A DNA stretch of 17,924 nucleotides from Candidatus Thorarchaeota archaeon (GTDB lineage: Archaea > Asgardarchaeota > Thorarchaeia > Thorarchaeales > Thorarchaeaceae): NCBI GenBank assembly GCA_029858305.1, contig JAOUFI010000047.1, positions 1 through 17,924 on the forward strand, written 5' to 3'. The position numbers and the translations under genes were made by a program. Shown here in pieces: positions 1 through 9,903 of this stretch. Below the pieces are notes generated by a model, which saw only the letters and a program-made list of their open reading frames with translations, was not told where the DNA came from and did not search any database. Positions within the stretch are counted from its first letter, which is position 1, and each line of letters opens with the position of its first letter.

Positions 1-147
1 TCATGTTACTCAGAGCACATTCTCTTGTTAATAATAACAATGTAGTTCAACGCAAGAAATATGATGATAGAAAAGTTCAATCTGTGGTCTTACAAGTAAT
101 CGATAGTTTATACGAATGCAAAAGTTAATTCTCGCTTCTACAATAAA

Positions 148-1236
148 GTGAGTATGCTCTGCCCAGACCACACGAAAGCCGAGAAACTGGCATCTGCAGT
201 ACTAGGTTATTGTGGATCATGCCTTGCAGAGAAAGGAGAATTAGTTTCAAGCATTTTGGTTAAACACGAAGATCTGAGAAAAACTTCTGGCCTTGTCGGT
301 TCAGTACCAAGAGATGGTATAGTTGTGTGCGTTGAATGTGGTAACCAATGCAGGCTTGATGAGAGCGAAACTGGATTTTGTGGTCTTAGATATGCATCAG
401 ACTCAAAAGTACTAGAGAATTTTCCTGACCGAGCAATTGTTTCATGGTACTTTGATCCTATTCCGACCAACTGCACTGCAGATTGGGTGTGTTCAGTGAG
501 TCAGGAGAGAAAGCCGCATAAGCTTGGTGCAAAATTGAACAATCTTGCAGTGTTCTACGGTTCTTGCAACTCCGATTGTTTCTTTTGCCAGAATGCTAGC
601 CACAAACAGATGACTGTTGCTGGACGACCATTGATGTCCCCATTGGAATTAGCGGATGCAGTCGATAGCAAAACGGCGTGTGTTTGTTACTTTGGTGGAG
701 ACCCTGGGTGCAATTCAAAACACTCTCTAGCTTCATCAGCACACATTCGTGACAAATGGAATATACCAATCTGCTATGAGACCAATGGCAATATCTCTCG
801 TAAGTATCTAGATAGAATTGCTGAGATTGTTCTGCAGAGTCATGGTACGCTCAAGTTCGATCTGAAAGCAGTCAGCCCGAACCTGTATCGAGCGCTCACA
901 GGAGTATCCAATGAGACTGTCATGCGCAACTTCAGACACCTAGCGAAGGCTGGAAGGAATAGAGACCATGAGTTCTTGGTGGCAAGCATACTACTAGTTC
1001 CGGGCTATGTTGGGATTTCTGAAACAGAGCGTTTGTGTAAATTTATTGCAGAGTGTGATGTTACTATTCCTACAGTGCTTCTCGGTTTTTATCCTCACAA
1101 CTATATGCGCGATCTACCAAGAACGAGCCGGCGTCATGCGTATGAAAGTAAAAAAGCAGCAGAAACCGCTGGTTTGACGAATGTTAGGATTGGCAACATA
1201 AACCTTCTATCTGAGGTACAATACAACATCGAATAA
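148..1236 (+). CDS. Radical SAM protein, PFL-activating-enzyme-like (PflA/COG1180-type) with Cys-rich N-terminus
   Basis: CxxxCxxC motif (CNSDCFFC), YFGGDP and YETNG motifs, KFDLKA, and extra N-terminal Cys clusters (CGSC, CVECGNQC, GFCG). GTG start. Confidence 0.85.
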   Translation: MSMLCPDHTKAEKLASAVLGYCGSCLAEKGELVSSILVKHEDLRKTSGLVGSVPRDGIVVCVECGNQCRLDESETGFCGLRYASDSKVLENFPDRAIVSWYFDPIPTNCTADWVCSVSQERKPHKLGAKLNNLAVFYGSCNSDCFFCQNASHKQMTVAGRPLMSPLELADAVDSKTACVCYFGGDPGCNSKHSLASSAHIRDKWNIPICYETNGNISRKYLDRIAEIVLQSHGTLKFDLKAVSPNLYRALTGVSNETVMRNFRHLAKAGRNRDHEFLVASILLVPGYVGISETERLCKFIAECDVTIPTVLLGFYPHNYMRDLPRTSRRHAYESKKAAETAGLTNVRIGNINLLSEVQYNIE

Positions 1237-1435
1237 CGAGGAAAGCTGCTCTCATACTCATTTAGAACCAAAAATCCTTCCCTTGTCAGATATTTACGAT
1301 TCTCGTTGTTTTTCTATGGTCTGCTTCTCTTGTTATTGATTGGCTAGATGAGTCCACCCTTCTATGGGTGATGAGAACCTTTATTCGTTTGAGATGAACG
1401 CGAGCTGATTGAGGTGCATTCCTATATTCATAGAG

Positions 1436-2533
1436 ATGAAGAAACAGGCTTTCGAAAATGCTAGGCTTCTGTTCAGAGGTTTCGATTATCAGGTTATTGT
1501 GAGAGCAGTAATCGATGGAACTTCACCTGGAAAGATCTGGGTCAATGATGTCAATCATCCTGAATGCGGATTCATGGCAACAACTGAAGGCTGGTTTTTA
1601 GCTGGCGGTCCTGAAAAAGATGAGTTTAATCATGGCTTGAGGAAACTAGTGCATGACATGGTACTAAGAGGTGACTACTACTCACCAGTTAATCCTGAGT
1701 TTCTTAGTGAGCTCTTCTTCCACATAGATACTGAGAGATGGATATCTAAATTCGATTTCATTTTTGATATCCGTCCACCATTGCCATCACACAGGATTCA
1801 TTTCACATGTAATCAGGTCGCCTTTGATTGGCGAGAAAAGATACCAGAGGGCTATAGATTACTTTCAGTTGATTCTACACTGGATGTTGATGCTCTCGAG
1901 TTTCCTAAAGATATCAAAAAGTGGATGGAATATAATCTGGAGGACCAAAAAAAGAGAGGATTTGGCAAGTGCCTTGTTCATGGGAACAAAGTAGTTGTAT
2001 GGATCAATGCTGATTGTGCGAGTGGTGATGAGTGTGAGATTGGTATCATTACCACTGAAGACTATAGAAGGAGGGGTCTTGGAGCTCTGACAGCTGCGGC
2101 AGCAGTCGAGGGATGTTTCTCCAGAGGATATTCTCTAGTTGGATGGCATAGTGATGATATAAATTCTGGGTCAATTGGCACGGCTCAGAAAGTGGGATTT
2201 ACGAAGGAACGTGACTATATCCATTATATTTGCATGTTCAGTGAGGCTGAGCACTTCGCAGAGTCAGGTCTGAGACATTTCTATAACAATCAATTCAAGG
2301 ATGCACTATCAGATTTCGAAGAAGCGTTTCGAATTGGTGAGGTTTCGACATGGGCTTATGTTTTGGCTGGTCGTTCATGTACTGCGCTAGGTGATACGAA
2401 AGAGGCTTCAAAATACTTCATTAGTGCGAAATTAGAAGGTTGGAGTAATTGGGACTGGCTATTCAAGAATGAAGAGATGAAATCCAGATTTGGAGCCAAA
2501 GAATGGCAAGAACTTGTCGCTCAACTAGAATAG
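1436..2533 (+). CDS. GNAT-family acetyltransferase with C-terminal TPR-like region
   Basis: Acetyl-CoA motif EIGIITTEDYRRRGLG and NSGSIGTAQKVGF. C-terminal helical TPR-like segment (GLRHFYNNQFKDALSDFEEAF...AYVLAGRSCTALGDTKEA). The start is uncertain (TTG 1409 or ATG 1436). Confidence 0.8.
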   Translation: MKKQAFENARLLFRGFDYQVIVRAVIDGTSPGKIWVNDVNHPECGFMATTEGWFLAGGPEKDEFNHGLRKLVHDMVLRGDYYSPVNPEFLSELFFHIDTERWISKFDFIFDIRPPLPSHRIHFTCNQVAFDWREKIPEGYRLLSVDSTLDVDALEFPKDIKKWMEYNLEDQKKRGFGKCLVHGNKVVVWINADCASGDECEIGIITTEDYRRRGLGALTAAAAVEGCFSRGYSLVGWHSDDINSGSIGTAQKVGFTKERDYIHYICMFSEAEHFAESGLRHFYNNQFKDALSDFEEAFRIGEVSTWAYVLAGRSCTALGDTKEASKYFISAKLEGWSNWDWLFKNEEMKSRFGAKEWQELVAQLE

Positions 2534-2651
2534 TTGAGCTGGGTATGTGCGAATATTGCTAGGATTCCATTGTAGCTAAAAAACCAGCAACAATGATACT
2601 TAATAGCCCCTTCAATTCAGAATTTTCGTTGCGTTAGATGGAGGAGATACC

Positions 2652-3989
2652 GTGCTTACGCGTGTTCAGAAAATTTACTATGGAATGGCTCGTCTTGGTC
2701 CAAGCATAATGCTTGATATGCTGGACTTGGCAAGCGCTCTGTTCTATTTCTCAATCCAAGCGCTACCAGCAATTTACACCGGTTCTGCGATAGCTTTGAG
2801 TTATCTCTCAATTATGTTGTCAGAGTTGATATTTGGAAATATGAGTGATAGAACAGCCACAAAAAGGTGGGGACGACGAAAACCGTATGTTATGGTTGGA
2901 GCTCCACTCATGGCTATGTCGTTCTTATTGGTTTTCAATCCGCACTTGTTCCTAGCGCAGGGCAATGTGATAGGTCTCTTCTTCTACGCCGCAATTACAA
3001 TGAGTCTGTTCAAAGTATTTTATGGTATGACAATGACTCCGTTCCAAGCCTGGATGCCTGAACTCACTGAACCTGATGAGCGTCCTGCGGTTTCTTCATG
3101 GCAGAATGTTGCTAATTTCACTGGATTTGTTATTGGCACATTTGGAACCAGTTTTCTGGCTATTGAGGCTGTAGGATGGGGTCTCCCAAGCACAATTCTC
3201 TACATGATCTTAGGCTTTGTTGCCATCCAGCTTCTAGGCTTCGCTCCATCACTAATAGGTCTCCACAGGGAAGGTAAGTTCATACCACAGCCTGATATCT
3301 TCAAGGATCTTGGCGATGCATTAACTGATAGAGACTATGTTGGTTGGCTTTTTGCTCAAGGACTCCTTTCGGTCGGCATCGCCACTATTGTTAGAACCAC
3401 ATTTCCGTACATCAATGACTATCTGTTGTTTGGTATGACCGAACTCATTATCTTTGGAGTGGAACTCCTCTCGGTTGTCTTTGTATTTTTCATTATTTTC
3501 CAATTTAGCATCCGAAAGAAAGGCAAACGTTTCACACTGCAGCTTTCTATGATGTTGGCTGTGGTTTCGCTTCCCTTCACCCTGATAATCACAACTTCAT
3601 CTGCTGCCTTTATTCTCCTAGCATTTGTTGGTGCTGGCGTTGCTGGATACTACCTGATGCCATACATTATTTACGCGGATTTCGCCCATAAGAATGAGAT
3701 ATTGACTGGAGAGGGCAAGGCAGGACTCTACACCAGCTTTCCATCAATTCCACTGAATGGTATGCAGGCTTTCTCAGCTATTCTATGGGGCTTCATTTTT
3801 TCGCTACCAGAAGTTGTCCCTGTTCCAGGCCAAGCTACCTTCGTCACACAGGGGTATCTGTTTTGGGGACCAATAGCAGCGTTGTTTCTCTTCCTCTCTG
3901 TGTTAGTACTCTTCAAAGTTAATATTGACCCGCACTTTGAGAAACTGAAGGAGGAATCTCCTTCCTCTGGGCTTGAAATCAATCCATAA
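2652..3989 (+). CDS. MFS transporter, GPH/MelB-like (MFS_2) glycoside:cation symporter family
   Basis: About 12 hydrophobic segments, FGNMSDRT..RWGRRKPY loop motif, PELTEPDERP and a D-x8-GEGKAGLY motif. GGAGGAG Shine-Dalgarno before the GTG start. Confidence 0.88.
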   Translation: MLTRVQKIYYGMARLGPSIMLDMLDLASALFYFSIQALPAIYTGSAIALSYLSIMLSELIFGNMSDRTATKRWGRRKPYVMVGAPLMAMSFLLVFNPHLFLAQGNVIGLFFYAAITMSLFKVFYGMTMTPFQAWMPELTEPDERPAVSSWQNVANFTGFVIGTFGTSFLAIEAVGWGLPSTILYMILGFVAIQLLGFAPSLIGLHREGKFIPQPDIFKDLGDALTDRDYVGWLFAQGLLSVGIATIVRTTFPYINDYLLFGMTELIIFGVELLSVVFVFFIIFQFSIRKKGKRFTLQLSMMLAVVSLPFTLIITTSSAAFILLAFVGAGVAGYYLMPYIIYADFAHKNEILTGEGKAGLYTSFPSIPLNGMQAFSAILWGFIFSLPEVVPVPGQATFVTQGYLFWGPIAALFLFLSVLVLFKVNIDPHFEKLKEESPSSGLEINP

Positions 3990-4018
3990 TACAATGTGGC
4001 TTTGGATTGCTTGGGCTT

Positions 4019-6844
4019 TTACACATTGAAGCTACACATCTTAATCTCTCTTGCTCCAAAAGTGAGCATTATGCTATGAGTTGAGAGTTGGAGTTTCTTG
4101 ATGATAGACCCATCTATTCTCACCTCTGATGCAGTCTTAATACGCTCTGCAAGTTCCAGTTGGACATCAATATCTCTATTTTCAATGTTATAGAGTGTTG
4201 TCAGAACGGAATTCCCGCGAATTCTTAATGAGGATATTCTCACTGCTGGATTCTTAAATTGGATAATAGGATCAAAGAGGCTCTGCGGAGGTTCAGCATG
4301 ATCCAACACAATCGCCAATGGTCGATTTTGAAATATGTCTGATTGCTCTGCACTCATCGCCAGTTGCTCCTTACGAGAGTGAACAAGAAATCCATAATGA
4401 AACTCGTACTCCTTGTTCATTTCTTGAGCGCCTGGTGTCTCCTCTGCTGGCCCTGCATGCATAGGTCTCTCGGGGAAATCTGAACGCGACAACCATCCAA
4501 CACAACGAAGCATTGTCACAGCTATTCGATATCCATCAACGAGCTCTACTTCAGGTAGTCCATTGTTGAGAACTGTAATAGCATCAGTTCCTTTTTCATC
4601 CTCAACTCGTATGAATCCTTTCTGAGGCTGGATGCCTGACGGTTTCTCAGGATAGTCTGCCATTGTTCTCTCTAATTCTTCCGCGTCGGGTATTGATTCT
4701 GCATTTGATGAACGTCTAACTGTCCCAAAATGGGTTGCTGTCAAAGTAGAACTCGATTTGAACGGAAGATCAAAGCATATTCGAAGGCGGTGGTCTTTCG
4801 CAGTATTTGTGAGTTTGGTCGTCACTTCAATCCTTGGAGTATCACGATAGAATCTAAACGATGAAAACACCGATATTTCCGCTTTCCCAATTCGCTTCTC
4901 TCTGGCGGGGTCAAGAGAATCATAGACTTCTAGTATAAGCGTTTGATGGATCTCTGCCAAGATAGGACCTGAGCTTATAACAGACCGCTTGACATCCTTC
5001 ACTCTAACTTTTTCTGGCTCAAGTCTACCAAAACTATATTCATCGCCACGATCGCCGTAGTCCTCGAAGACATGAAGTTTCGGATATTGCACTCCACTTT
5101 CTTTATTGATGAGAGTCAGGGTTCCATCTTTGTTAAATGACACAGAGTAGAACTTGTTTTCGACACGATTCTCATTTGCTTCGAAACGATTTTCGGTTAG
5201 AGATTCTGGCAGCTCCGCCACTATTTTGAGCTTTGAGAAAGTCCATGGTTTTAAGGTGACGACTGCCGCATATACATTCTGAGTAGGACGAGCAGCAACA
5301 AGGTGAATCTTCTTGTATTTCTTGTTGCCCAGTATCTCATTAGCCTCGTGTTTTAGGCTCTCCATATCGAAGTCGCCCACAGGATGCCTGTCTGCAATGA
5401 ACCTTAGTTCTAGTAGACCTGGCTCATCTCCATCAAAATATTCTACGCCATTAATATAGAAGTCCATCAACTTCCTGCCAGGAAGTAATCTCATTCCCAT
5501 TTTAGCAGCTGTCATGCCTAGGGTGGTATCCAAGAAGATGTCCTCTCTGGATTTTAGTTGTTGTGCATCGAATATTCTTCCATCCTCTGTACGGAGCCCC
5601 TTTACAGTTGCACCTCTTGGATATGAGAATTCGAAATAGACTGGTGTCGATGAGCTGCCCCCCGAGTTGAAGACAACAACAGATGATTCGTCACATGGTT
5701 CAGCAATCCTGTGGATACTCTTTTCTGCCTCCTTAAGTGCTCCTTCGCAGATTGACTCAGCCCATGAGAACCGAGCCTTCATCTCTTCATGTGTCTGATC
5801 CACCGAGCAGCCGCATATCGAATCATGAGGTTGATTCTGTAGGAGCCATTTCCATGATGTCTTCAAGAATCCATTTGGATATTCAAATTTCAGAGTGGAT
5901 GACAAGTAGGCCCAGATTGGCTCAACTTTTCGTGTCAGTATGTCCTCTATTTTCTGGTTCCACTGCTTAATCCACATTCGAGCCGAGTAGGTGTCCTGAA
6001 GGAGATGTGCTCTTGCAGGAGATCTAAACTCACCTCCGTAGACAGGACGTTCACCTCCTGATTCTGAAACCTGAGTGTCGAGTTCCTCGATGAACGCCTT
6101 TAGCGTAGATACAGAAATGTCAAGGTCTTTTGTTGCCATTCGTTTTGCATATTCCTTGGCAAATGGCTGTGGAAAGCGATGGTCAGAGCCATTCATGAGA
6201 AGGTAGACTTGTACAGGAGAGAATGGTTCCAGTTCTGCTATCTTCTCATTGACTGACTTGGTGAACTCCTCATAATCTTCTGGAAGCATAGATGCATTGC
6301 CATAGCCATGTGGGAGATAGACTCCCTTGACAGATGTTTTAGAACTCTCATGAGATTTCCAGATAAACGGAACCGATGTGATGCTTGGTGGTACACCTCG
6401 CCAGAGTGCAACAGTTTCAAGAGTGGTTAGGTCACCAAGAAGCTGAGGCATCCCACTTGTGTGCCCAAACTGATCGGGAAGGTAGGCGATATCCATGAGA
6501 GGTATTTTGAATTCTTTCCCAAGATCATGACCAAACTCAAGGTTGCGGATAAGACTCTCACCCCCGACCAGCCACTCATCAGGAAGAAGATACCAAGGTC
6601 CTACTGATACTTTGCCCTGCCTAATTCGTTGCAGTAATTCCTCCTTTTTTTCTGGGCGTATTTCCATGTAGTCCTCCAGAACTATTGTCTGCCCGTCTAG
6701 CATAAACACGTAGTCTTGACCTTCCAATATCTTGAGAAGCTCATCGATTAGTTGGACGAGATTGTATCTAAACCTCTGGAATGGGAGGTACCACTCTCGA
6801 TCCCAATGTGTGTGTGGTACGATGAAAACCCTCTTGGATACCAT
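4019..6844 (-). CDS. Glycoside hydrolase family 38 alpha-mannosidase (MngB/mannosylglycerate hydrolase-like)
   Basis: VPHTHWDREWY Zn-binding motif, LDGQT, GPWY..PDE, catalytic PDQFGH, NGSDH, NQPHDSICGCSVD, and C-terminal KDHRLR and TMLRCVGWLSR. Confidence 0.93.
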   Translation of the reverse strand: MVSKRVFIVPHTHWDREWYLPFQRFRYNLVQLIDELLKILEGQDYVFMLDGQTIVLEDYMEIRPEKKEELLQRIRQGKVSVGPWYLLPDEWLVGGESLIRNLEFGHDLGKEFKIPLMDIAYLPDQFGHTSGMPQLLGDLTTLETVALWRGVPPSITSVPFIWKSHESSKTSVKGVYLPHGYGNASMLPEDYEEFTKSVNEKIAELEPFSPVQVYLLMNGSDHRFPQPFAKEYAKRMATKDLDISVSTLKAFIEELDTQVSESGGERPVYGGEFRSPARAHLLQDTYSARMWIKQWNQKIEDILTRKVEPIWAYLSSTLKFEYPNGFLKTSWKWLLQNQPHDSICGCSVDQTHEEMKARFSWAESICEGALKEAEKSIHRIAEPCDESSVVVFNSGGSSSTPVYFEFSYPRGATVKGLRTEDGRIFDAQQLKSREDIFLDTTLGMTAAKMGMRLLPGRKLMDFYINGVEYFDGDEPGLLELRFIADRHPVGDFDMESLKHEANEILGNKKYKKIHLVAARPTQNVYAAVVTLKPWTFSKLKIVAELPESLTENRFEANENRVENKFYSVSFNKDGTLTLINKESGVQYPKLHVFEDYGDRGDEYSFGRLEPEKVRVKDVKRSVISSGPILAEIHQTLILEVYDSLDPAREKRIGKAEISVFSSFRFYRDTPRIEVTTKLTNTAKDHRLRICFDLPFKSSSTLTATHFGTVRRSSNAESIPDAEELERTMADYPEKPSGIQPQKGFIRVEDEKGTDAITVLNNGLPEVELVDGYRIAVTMLRCVGWLSRSDFPERPMHAGPAEETPGAQEMNKEYEFHYGFLVHSRKEQLAMSAEQSDIFQNRPLAIVLDHAEPPQSLFDPIIQFKNPAVRISSLRIRGNSVLTTLYNIENRDIDVQLELAERIKTASEVRIDGSIIKKLQLSTHSIMLTFGAREIKMCSFNV

Positions 6845-7149
6845 GTCATCACTCAGCTATGATTGAACATTATCGGTGCAAGTGGCAAAACGTTCAGAAA
6901 AGGATTGTGTGAAAGAATGACAATCGTTCACTTCATTAAAGTGTGAATCAATTCGAAGCAAAAAGATTTCATAATCGTGATAAGTAAACCTGAGCTGTTG
7001 CAGATCTATCTCTTCATATCTAATTACAGCGAAAACTCCAATTTACAGCGGACCTACTTAAGAATTGGATAGAATCATTGACTGCCTATTCAGTCGCAAC
7101 AGGATGAGTTGTAAGTCTTCTCATACTGCTTACCTTATTCCCTGCATTC

Positions 7150-8145
7150 TCAGCGAGGTTTGACTGTTCCTCCCCATTCAACAATATCTTTGACAGTGGA
7201 TATAAGATCCCATTTTGGTGTATAACCAATCTCCTCTTTTGCTTTTGATATATCAATCAGATACTTGGTTCCAAATAGTTTCACTCTAAATGCTGTTAAT
7301 AGCGGAGCATTCTTTCGATTGAAAGCTTTGTATAATCCACTCATCATTGAACCAAGACATACAGAAACAGTATATGGAAAATTTCTGTAATTCTTTTCAG
7401 CCCCCAATTCATCAGCTAAGGCATCTAGAAATTCTTTGAATGTGCAGTCAAATGAAGCTACATTGTAAGCATTATCAGCTGCTTTGTCCATATTTTCAGC
7501 GCAAAGGACAAGACAACGTGCGAAATCTTCTCCATGACAATAGCTCTGAGGATTTTCACCTCTCCTAAAGGTTACCATTCTTCCTCCTTTTAGAAATTCG
7601 ATCATCTGTGGTCCAGTATACATGTCTCCTCTCCCAAGAACTGTTGGGGCTCGAACCATAGCCGCCTTCATTCCTTGATCTCTGATATATTGTCTTACAA
7701 GTTTCTCGGATTCTGCTTTGGATTTCTGATAATTGTTCATAGGTTTCCATTCATCATTTTCATTCAGTGGTGTTCTCTTATTTGGGAATCCGTATACTGC
7801 AGTTGAAGATGTGAAAATGAGATTTGGTATTTCCTTCAGTCTAGCTATTTCGAGAATATTTCTGGTTCCTTCCACATTCACTGAAAAGAATCTCTTCTTG
7901 CTTCCCCATTCTGCCATTATTGCAGCATTATGAAATAACCATTCAGTATCATCAGGAATTCCCTGTTTAAGACTCTCCATGTTCGTGACATCACCTGTCA
8001 CAACGCTATAATTCATTCCTTCCAATAGATTAAAACTAGAACTGTTACGAGCTAGAATTGAGACATCATGATCTCGTATATTTAGTTGATTGACAATATG
8101 TGAACCAACGAAACCAGTAGCACCAGTAATAAAGCATCTAACCAT
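7150..8145 (-). CDS. Extended SDR, NAD-dependent epimerase/dehydratase (3-beta-HSD-like)
   Basis: TGATGFVG Rossmann motif, HNAA, NVEGTRN, TSS and YQKSK (YxxxK). Confidence 0.9.
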   Translation of the reverse strand: MVRCFITGATGFVGSHIVNQLNIRDHDVSILARNSSSFNLLEGMNYSVVTGDVTNMESLKQGIPDDTEWLFHNAAIMAEWGSKKRFFSVNVEGTRNILEIARLKEIPNLIFTSSTAVYGFPNKRTPLNENDEWKPMNNYQKSKAESEKLVRQYIRDQGMKAAMVRAPTVLGRGDMYTGPQMIEFLKGGRMVTFRRGENPQSYCHGEDFARCLVLCAENMDKAADNAYNVASFDCTFKEFLDALADELGAEKNYRNFPYTVSVCLGSMMSGLYKAFNRKNAPLLTAFRVKLFGTKYLIDISKAKEEIGYTPKWDLISTVKDIVEWGGTVKPR

Positions 8146-8226
8146 CGCTATTCTCTTTGTTATCTATTTTACTTCTTCTTGAACATTGTTGCTGAACTTT
8201 ATATTTCTACGAACACAATTGCACAT

Positions 8227-8565
8227 ATGTCAGAAGGAATTTTAGTAGTTACACTTCCACATCTTCCAGGCTATCGGATTATTCGTGTACTGGGGACAGT
8301 TCATGGACTTACAGTTAGGACGAGAGGTGTGGGGGGAAAGATTTCTGCAGGAATAAGTGGAATTTTTGGTGGCGAAGTACACTCCTATACAGAAGAATGT
8401 GAAAGATCAAAAGCTGAAGCACTAGTAAGATTAAGAGAAAATGCACAACAGATGGGTGCAAACGCAGTCATAGGTGCTGATTTTGAAACTAGTGATATTC
8501 TTGCGGGAACAGCCACGGTCTTTTCAGCATATGGGACTGCAGTTATTGTAGAAGCAGAATATTAG
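8227..8565 (+). CDS. ybjQ: YbjQ/UPF0145 family putative heavy-metal-binding protein
   Basis: VVTLPHLPGYRI..VLGTVHG, GGEVHSY, MGANAVIG and AYGTAV are characteristic of UPF0145. ATG 8227 is preferred over TTG 8179. Confidence 0.9.
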   Translation: MSEGILVVTLPHLPGYRIIRVLGTVHGLTVRTRGVGGKISAGISGIFGGEVHSYTEECERSKAEALVRLRENAQQMGANAVIGADFETSDILAGTATVFSAYGTAVIVEAEY

Positions 8566-8757
8566 TTACTCTTAGGAAGCTCTCATAGGAGCAAGTTTGT
8601 ATGAGTATTAATCCCATCGTTATCATAGTTTTCATAGAGAATGCCACTGATCCTCGCAGAGATAATCTATCGCCTACTTGACACATTTGGATGGAAAAAT
8701 CAAGTACGCTTTATACTATTAGCACTTATTAGAGAGATTAAGTATATTCCAAATGTT

Positions 8758-9030
8758 ATGAAAGTCACTCGGGTCGCTGTTGCAGAGCGTAATTACCTGA
8801 GGGGCATACTCAGGACTTATCTGCTCGGCAAGAAGAATCAGAACTATGTTATTGGTTGTTTCAGAAATGTTCCTATCAAGGTCTTTGATGAGGTTGCCAA
8901 AGAACTTGTGGAATATGCACAGCTACCCAGATTTCAGGAGCTTTATACGATTAGAAAACTCTTGGAGGAGGCTCTAAATAAAAGCGAGTCGAGGACAAAG
9001 TGGAGTCCTTGGGTTATTAGCCAATACTAG
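8758..9030 (+). CDS. Small hypothetical protein (~90 aa)
   Basis: Fills the gap between ybjQ and the phosphoesterase with a natural-looking composition from MKVTRVAVAER. Its stop overlaps the convergent gene's stop (CTAG 9027-9030). No family recognised. The start could be 8641. Confidence 0.6.
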   Translation: MKVTRVAVAERNYLRGILRTYLLGKKNQNYVIGCFRNVPIKVFDEVAKELVEYAQLPRFQELYTIRKLLEEALNKSESRTKWSPWVISQY

Positions 9031-9695
9031 ATTGTCTTTCCCAATTCAATCTCTGTTATTTTTCTTGTAGCTGGGAATGCTACGTTCATAATTCTAGTAG
9101 GACCAATCTGTATCTCGGGATTGGTCGCGTAGTGAATGTGACCATGAACTATCCAATTTGGGGGAGTATTTTCAAGTGCCTCTGAAATCCACCAGATTAA
9201 AGATTCAGGATAGCTATCTGTGGAGAGTGGACTATAGTGCATCAAGAGAACTGTCCAATCACACTTCGTAAGTAATTCAAGGACTTCATCATGCATGGTC
9301 TTTATTCTCTTATCCATGATATCTTGAATCGTACTTTTCTCATTATTCTTTGCAGCATCGAACATAGGTACGCCAAAGATACCCAGACTCTCACTAAGTC
9401 CGTGTATCTCACAGCTATCTCCATCGAGGAATCGTATCCTATCTTTTACGACTTTACGAATACTTTGTTTGTCGGTGCCTTGTTCATCATTTCCAAAACA
9501 AGCAACAATAGAAATTTGTGAACCGAAGCGGTCGTTTATCGCTTCGGCAATCTGCTGGTATTCATGGAATCGACCTGCCTCAATCATGTCACCTGCAAGC
9601 AAGAACACATCTGGCTTCTTTATTCTCTTTAATTCTGTAATGAATTCAATGAGGTATCTTGGACAATGGATATCCGCGACTGCAGCTATTCTCAA
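9027..9695 (-). CDS. Calcineurin-like metallophosphoesterase (Icc-like)
   Basis: Motifs ADIH, LAGD, GNDE (variant of GNHD/E), LMHY and HGHIH. TTG start. Confidence 0.88.
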   Translation of the reverse strand: MRIAAVADIHCPRYLIEFITELKRIKKPDVFLLAGDMIEAGRFHEYQQIAEAINDRFGSQISIVACFGNDEQGTDKQSIRKVVKDRIRFLDGDSCEIHGLSESLGIFGVPMFDAAKNNEKSTIQDIMDKRIKTMHDEVLELLTKCDWTVLLMHYSPLSTDSYPESLIWWISEALENTPPNWIVHGHIHYATNPEIQIGPTRIMNVAFPATRKITEIELGKTI

Positions 9696-9775
9696 TTCAT
9701 CATCTCATTGCAATATGTCTAATTTAAAATCTTATCATGAGATGGATTGTCCACTTATGAACTATTATTAGATTC

Positions 9776-9813
9776 AAAAAGAGAATGACGTGGAGTCTCA
9801 GCGAGAGGCTCCA
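9776..9813 (-). terminator. Putative terminator (9-bp stem, 5-nt loop, pyrimidine/T tract) after the hgcAB-like operon
   Basis: Stem-loop 9791-9813 followed on the minus strand by CGTCATTCTCTTTTT. Confidence 0.6.
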
Positions 9814-9857
9814 TCAATGACTGTGAACTACTCGATGAGTTCAAAGTCTTCTTTTGC
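9776..9857 (-). repeat. Copy 3 (diverged) of rubredoxin 3' end + terminator, att-like remnant
   Basis: The minus strand reads GCAAAAGAAGACTTTGAACTCATCGAGTAG (AKEDFELIE*), then hairpin TGGAGCCTC-TCGCT-GAGACTCCA and TCATTCTCTTTTT. The 17-bp core 9841-9857 is identical to the other two copies. T-tract-to-core spacing is 65 nt versus 64 nt in the others. Confidence 0.85.
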
Positions 9858-9903
9858 CCATTGGGTTAAAGAAGAGTATTAAATGGAATCAGTGACTGCA
9901 AAC

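Noticed and set aside
1237-1408. Intergenic hairpin CACCC-TTCTAT-GGGTG and a recurring TCTCATA word (also near 7129, 8581, 14463)
   Set aside because: Too short to distinguish from chance, with no consistent position relative to genes.
6845-7149. Possible ncRNA or tRNA in the 305-bp gap
   Set aside because: No cloverleaf or recognisable RNA motif. Only a short TTACAGCG duplication was seen.
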